Shown: one piece after another, positions 61,750 through 64,000 of the stretch | Layout: each line of letters starts with the position of its first letter | Numbering within the stretch: the stretch's first letter is position 1 | Assembly (NCBI GenBank): GCA_963821535.1 | Contig: CAWGEC010000003.1 | Span: 273,554-337,553, forward strand | Direction: 5' to 3' | DNA length: 64,000 nucleotides | DNA from: an uncultured Actinomycetes bacterium | Lineage (GTDB): Bacteria; Actinomycetota; Thermoleophilia; Gaiellales; JAICJC01 | Program-made: the position numbers and the translations under genes | The notes under the pieces: generated by a model | What the model was told of the DNA's origin: nothing | Seen by the model: the letters and a program-made list of their open reading frames with translations, nothing else | Databases searched by the model: none

Positions 61750-64000
61750 ATGAAGCGTGGAGTGTTCGTGGGCCTCGTCGTCGCCGTGACGATCTGCGGC
61801 GCGGGGACGCCCGGGCCGGCGAGCGGATCTGACGTCCCGCGCACACCGGCCGGGTGGCGGGTCACGCCGGCCGGCCATCTCCTGACCGTCACGAGCGGGC
61901 CGGGGCTCTCGGGCCCGTGGGGCGTCGCGCTCTCGCCCGACGGCCGGCATGCGATGGTCACGTCGAGCGGCCAGGCGGTGCAGGACGAGACGCTCGAGAT
62001 GTTCGACATCAACACGCGGGCGCGGACGGACGTGCGCGTGATGAACGGCCATCGCGGCCACTCCGTCTTCTACGGCGTCGCCTTCTCGCCCGACGGCCGG
62101 CGGGCGTGGGCCTCGGGCGGTGGGCAGGACGTCCTGCACTCCTACCACGTGACTCCGGCGGGCCGGTTCGTGCCTGACGGCCCCGTCCCGGCGGGCCATT
62201 TCCCGGCCGGGATCGCCTACGGTCAGACGCCGCTCGGCGACCGCCTGTACGTCGCAAACAACCTCGGCGGCGACCCCTTCACCACGGGGTCGTACGAGGA
62301 TCCGCCTGGGCACCAGGTCACGGTGATCAACCCCAGCACCGGCCGGATCACCGCCACGATCGACCTGGGCACGCCGGGAGACCCGTTCGGCGTCGCCTTC
62401 AACCGCGACGCGACGAAGGCGTACGTCACGAACTGGACCGGCCGCTCGGTGTCGGTGATCGACACGACCGCCCAGCGCGTCCTGAAGACGATTCGGCTCT
62501 CGCCGGCGGGGGATCCGCTTCAGGCGGACCATCCCACCGCGATCGCCGCCAACCCGACGAACGACGAGATCTACACCGCGAATGCCTCGAGCGACACGGT
62601 GAGCGTGCTCGACTCGCGTCGCGACCGGCTCTCGGCCACCATCGACGTCGCTCTCGTGCCGGGCGCGCCGAAGGGGTCGATGCCCGAGGGCCTCGCGGTC
62701 AGCCCCGACGGCCGGACGCTCTATGTGGCAGACGCGGGCGAGAACGCCGTGGCGGTCGTCGACCTCGGGAGCCGCCGCGTCCGCGGGTTCATCCCGACGG
62801 CCTGGTATCCGGCCGACGTCAAGGTCGCTCCCGGAGGTCACCGGCTCGTGGTCGTGAACACCAACGGCTTCGGCGCGGGCCCGAACCCGTGCGGCCCGTT
62901 CTCGCCGCTCCTGGCCCAGGGATGCGGCACGGGCATCGAGTACTCGCCTGGCTACTTCGAGAACCAGTACAGCGGCACCATGATCCGCGGGTCGGTGCAG
63001 GTGATCGACCTGCGCGACGGCCACGGGTTCGCCCACCGGCTGCGGCGATGGACGGCGCAGGTGCGCCGCAACAACCACGTCGCCGAGCGGCGCGCGCGCC
63101 CGCCCGCCGCGGCGAGCGCCATCCACCACGTGATCTACGTCATCAAGGAGAACCGCACCTACGACCAGGTGTTCGGCGACCTGAAGAAGGGCAACGGCGA
63201 CCCGTCGCTGACGCTCTTCAAGGACGGCTCGGCGCCGAACCAGCGGGCTCTCGCGCGCCGGTTCACGCTGCTCGACAACTTCTACGTCGACGCGGAGGTG
63301 TCGCAGGACGGCCACCCGTGGTCGACCCAGGCGACGGCCACCGACTACGTGGACAAGATCTGGCCGTTCGACTACGCCTGGGCCTACTACCGAAGCTACG
63401 ACAGCGAGTTCGTGCCGCTGGCACAGCAGTTCGCCTCCGAGCCGCTGGCCGGCGACCCGACGGTGCCACGGACGGCGGCCGCCGCGACCGTCGGCTACCT
63501 GTGGGACGACGCCTACAAGCACGGCGTCAGCTTCCGCGACTACGGCGAGGGCACCCCGTGGGACGACCCCCACAACTGCCATAGCGGCACCGTGTACTCC
63601 GACCTCACCCACCTCCAGGCCCGCTTCGGCGAGCACGTCGATCCGCGCTTCCCCGGCTGGAACCTCGACTGCTCCGATCACGCGGTGCGCGAGCCCGAGT
63701 GGGAGCGGGAGTTCCACGCGTACGAGCGAAGCGGCAAGCTGCCCGGCCTCGAGGTCGTGTACCTGCCCAACGACCACACCCAGGGGACGACGCCGGGCAC
63801 GGCCACGCCGGCGTCCTACGAGGCCGACAACGACGTCGCGGTCGGCCGGCTGGTCGACGCCGTCTCGCACAGCCGCTACTGGCGGAGCACCGCGATCTTC
63901 GTCGTCGAGGACGACGCCCAGGACGGGCCCGACCACGTCGACGCCCACCGCTCCACGGCGCTCGTCATCAGCCCGTTCACGCAGCACGCCGGGGTGGACT
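61750..64000 (+). CDS. Secreted fusion protein: YVTN-type beta-propeller domain + phosphoesterase (phospholipase C / acid phosphatase AcpA family) domain; 3' end beyond the window
   Basis: Not in the ORF track (no stop). My translation from ATG 61750 (SD GAGGGGGA upstream) is open to the window end: MKRGVFVGLVVAVTICGAG (signal)...repeats LYVANNLGG / AYVTNWTGRSVSVID / IYTANASSDTVSVLD / LYVADAGENAVAVVD...then VIYVIKENRTYDQVFGDL...VYLPNDHT...FVVEDDAQDGPDHVDAHRS. Confidence 0.8.
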   Translation, partial: MKRGVFVGLVVAVTICGAGTPGPASGSDVPRTPAGWRVTPAGHLLTVTSGPGLSGPWGVALSPDGRHAMVTSSGQAVQDETLEMFDINTRARTDVRVMNGHRGHSVFYGVAFSPDGRRAWASGGGQDVLHSYHVTPAGRFVPDGPVPAGHFPAGIAYGQTPLGDRLYVANNLGGDPFTTGSYEDPPGHQVTVINPSTGRITATIDLGTPGDPFGVAFNRDATKAYVTNWTGRSVSVIDTTAQRVLKTIRLSPAGDPLQADHPTAIAANPTNDEIYTANASSDTVSVLDSRRDRLSATIDVALVPGAPKGSMPEGLAVSPDGRTLYVADAGENAVAVVDLGSRRVRGFIPTAWYPADVKVAPGGHRLVVVNTNGFGAGPNPCGPFSPLLAQGCGTGIEYSPGYFENQYSGTMIRGSVQVIDLRDGHGFAHRLRRWTAQVRRNNHVAERRARPPAAASAIHHVIYVIKENRTYDQVFGDLKKGNGDPSLTLFKDGSAPNQRALARRFTLLDNFYVDAEVSQDGHPWSTQATATDYVDKIWPFDYAWAYYRSYDSEFVPLAQQFASEPLAGDPTVPRTAAAATVGYLWDDAYKHGVSFRDYGEGTPWDDPHNCHSGTVYSDLTHLQARFGEHVDPRFPGWNLDCSDHAVREPEWEREFHAYERSGKLPGLEVVYLPNDHTQGTTPGTATPASYEADNDVAVGRLVDAVSHSRYWRSTAIFVVEDDAQDGPDHVDAHRSTALVISPFTQHAGVD

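Noticed and set aside
1-64000. CRISPR arrays, rRNA genes, IS elements, toxin-antitoxin pairs and other tRNAs.
   Set aside because: None seen on either strand. The only tandem or low-complexity repeats are coding: the Gly/Tyr tail of Wzc, the Thr/Gly tail of PBP1A and the polyproline tract at 59100-59180.

Overview
Very GC-rich, gene-dense chromosomal segment (third codon positions almost all G/C). It looks like a high-GC Actinomycetota-type genome, possibly Thermoleophilia/Rubrobacteria-like; that placement is inference only. I can support about 65 protein genes and one tRNA-Phe. I saw no rRNA, CRISPR array, transposase, integrase or prophage.

Gene content, in order:
- Cell-envelope glycan locus: Wzy-like protein, GT4, GT26, Wzc-type tyrosine kinase.
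- Minus-strand his operon: yerC/trpR-like, hisG, hisC-hisB, hisH, hisF, hisIE.
- Divergent plus-strand hisA-argR-argF-argG-argH-proB-proA string.
- MacB/FtsX-type ABC exporter coupled to a small chorismate mutase.
- CPBP protease, transsulfuration PLP enzyme, HAD hydrolase, periplasmic binding protein.
- MscS, PBP1A, MoeA.
- M20 peptidase, class E-like sortase, M28-like membrane protein.
- OmpR/HK two-component pair followed by TreT, OtsA and an arginase-fold protein.
- A 12-gene translationally coupled string: moaC-mog-ubiA-ccmABCD-hemA-hemC-cobA/hemD-methyltransferase-DUF62.
- tRNA-Phe, then a cyclase-STAND-TPR protein.
- Two EamA transporters, DivIVA, a redoxin-like/degenerate HD-GYP fusion, arginase, RarA.
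- A second M20 peptidase, DUF1385, a short FtsH, methylmalonyl-CoA epimerase, DUF3107, PAP2, YchF.
- A secreted beta-propeller/phosphoesterase fusion that runs off the 3' edge.

Three cross-cutting observations:
1. About 38 frameshifts, with no in-frame stops, break roughly 20 genes between 1.6 and 48.3 kb. The sites I resolved to the base fall on short homopolymers. Most are probably assembly indels, so every pseudogene call here is provisional.
2. Most transcription units appear leaderless or nearly so, with a TANNNT box 6-10 nt before the start codon.
3. Most intra-operon junctions are ATGA/GTGA/TTGA overlaps.

I found no clearly novel multi-gene system. The best leads are:
- The his-operon YerC regulator with a perfect 16-bp palindrome.
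- The hisC-hisB fusion.
- The orphan ccmABCD embedded in a Moco/heme operon.
- The arginase-fold gene in the otsB position.
- The structured 195-bp gap before moaC.
- The cyclase-STAND-TPR gene beside tRNA-Phe.

All functional calls come from reading motifs by eye. No database search was possible.
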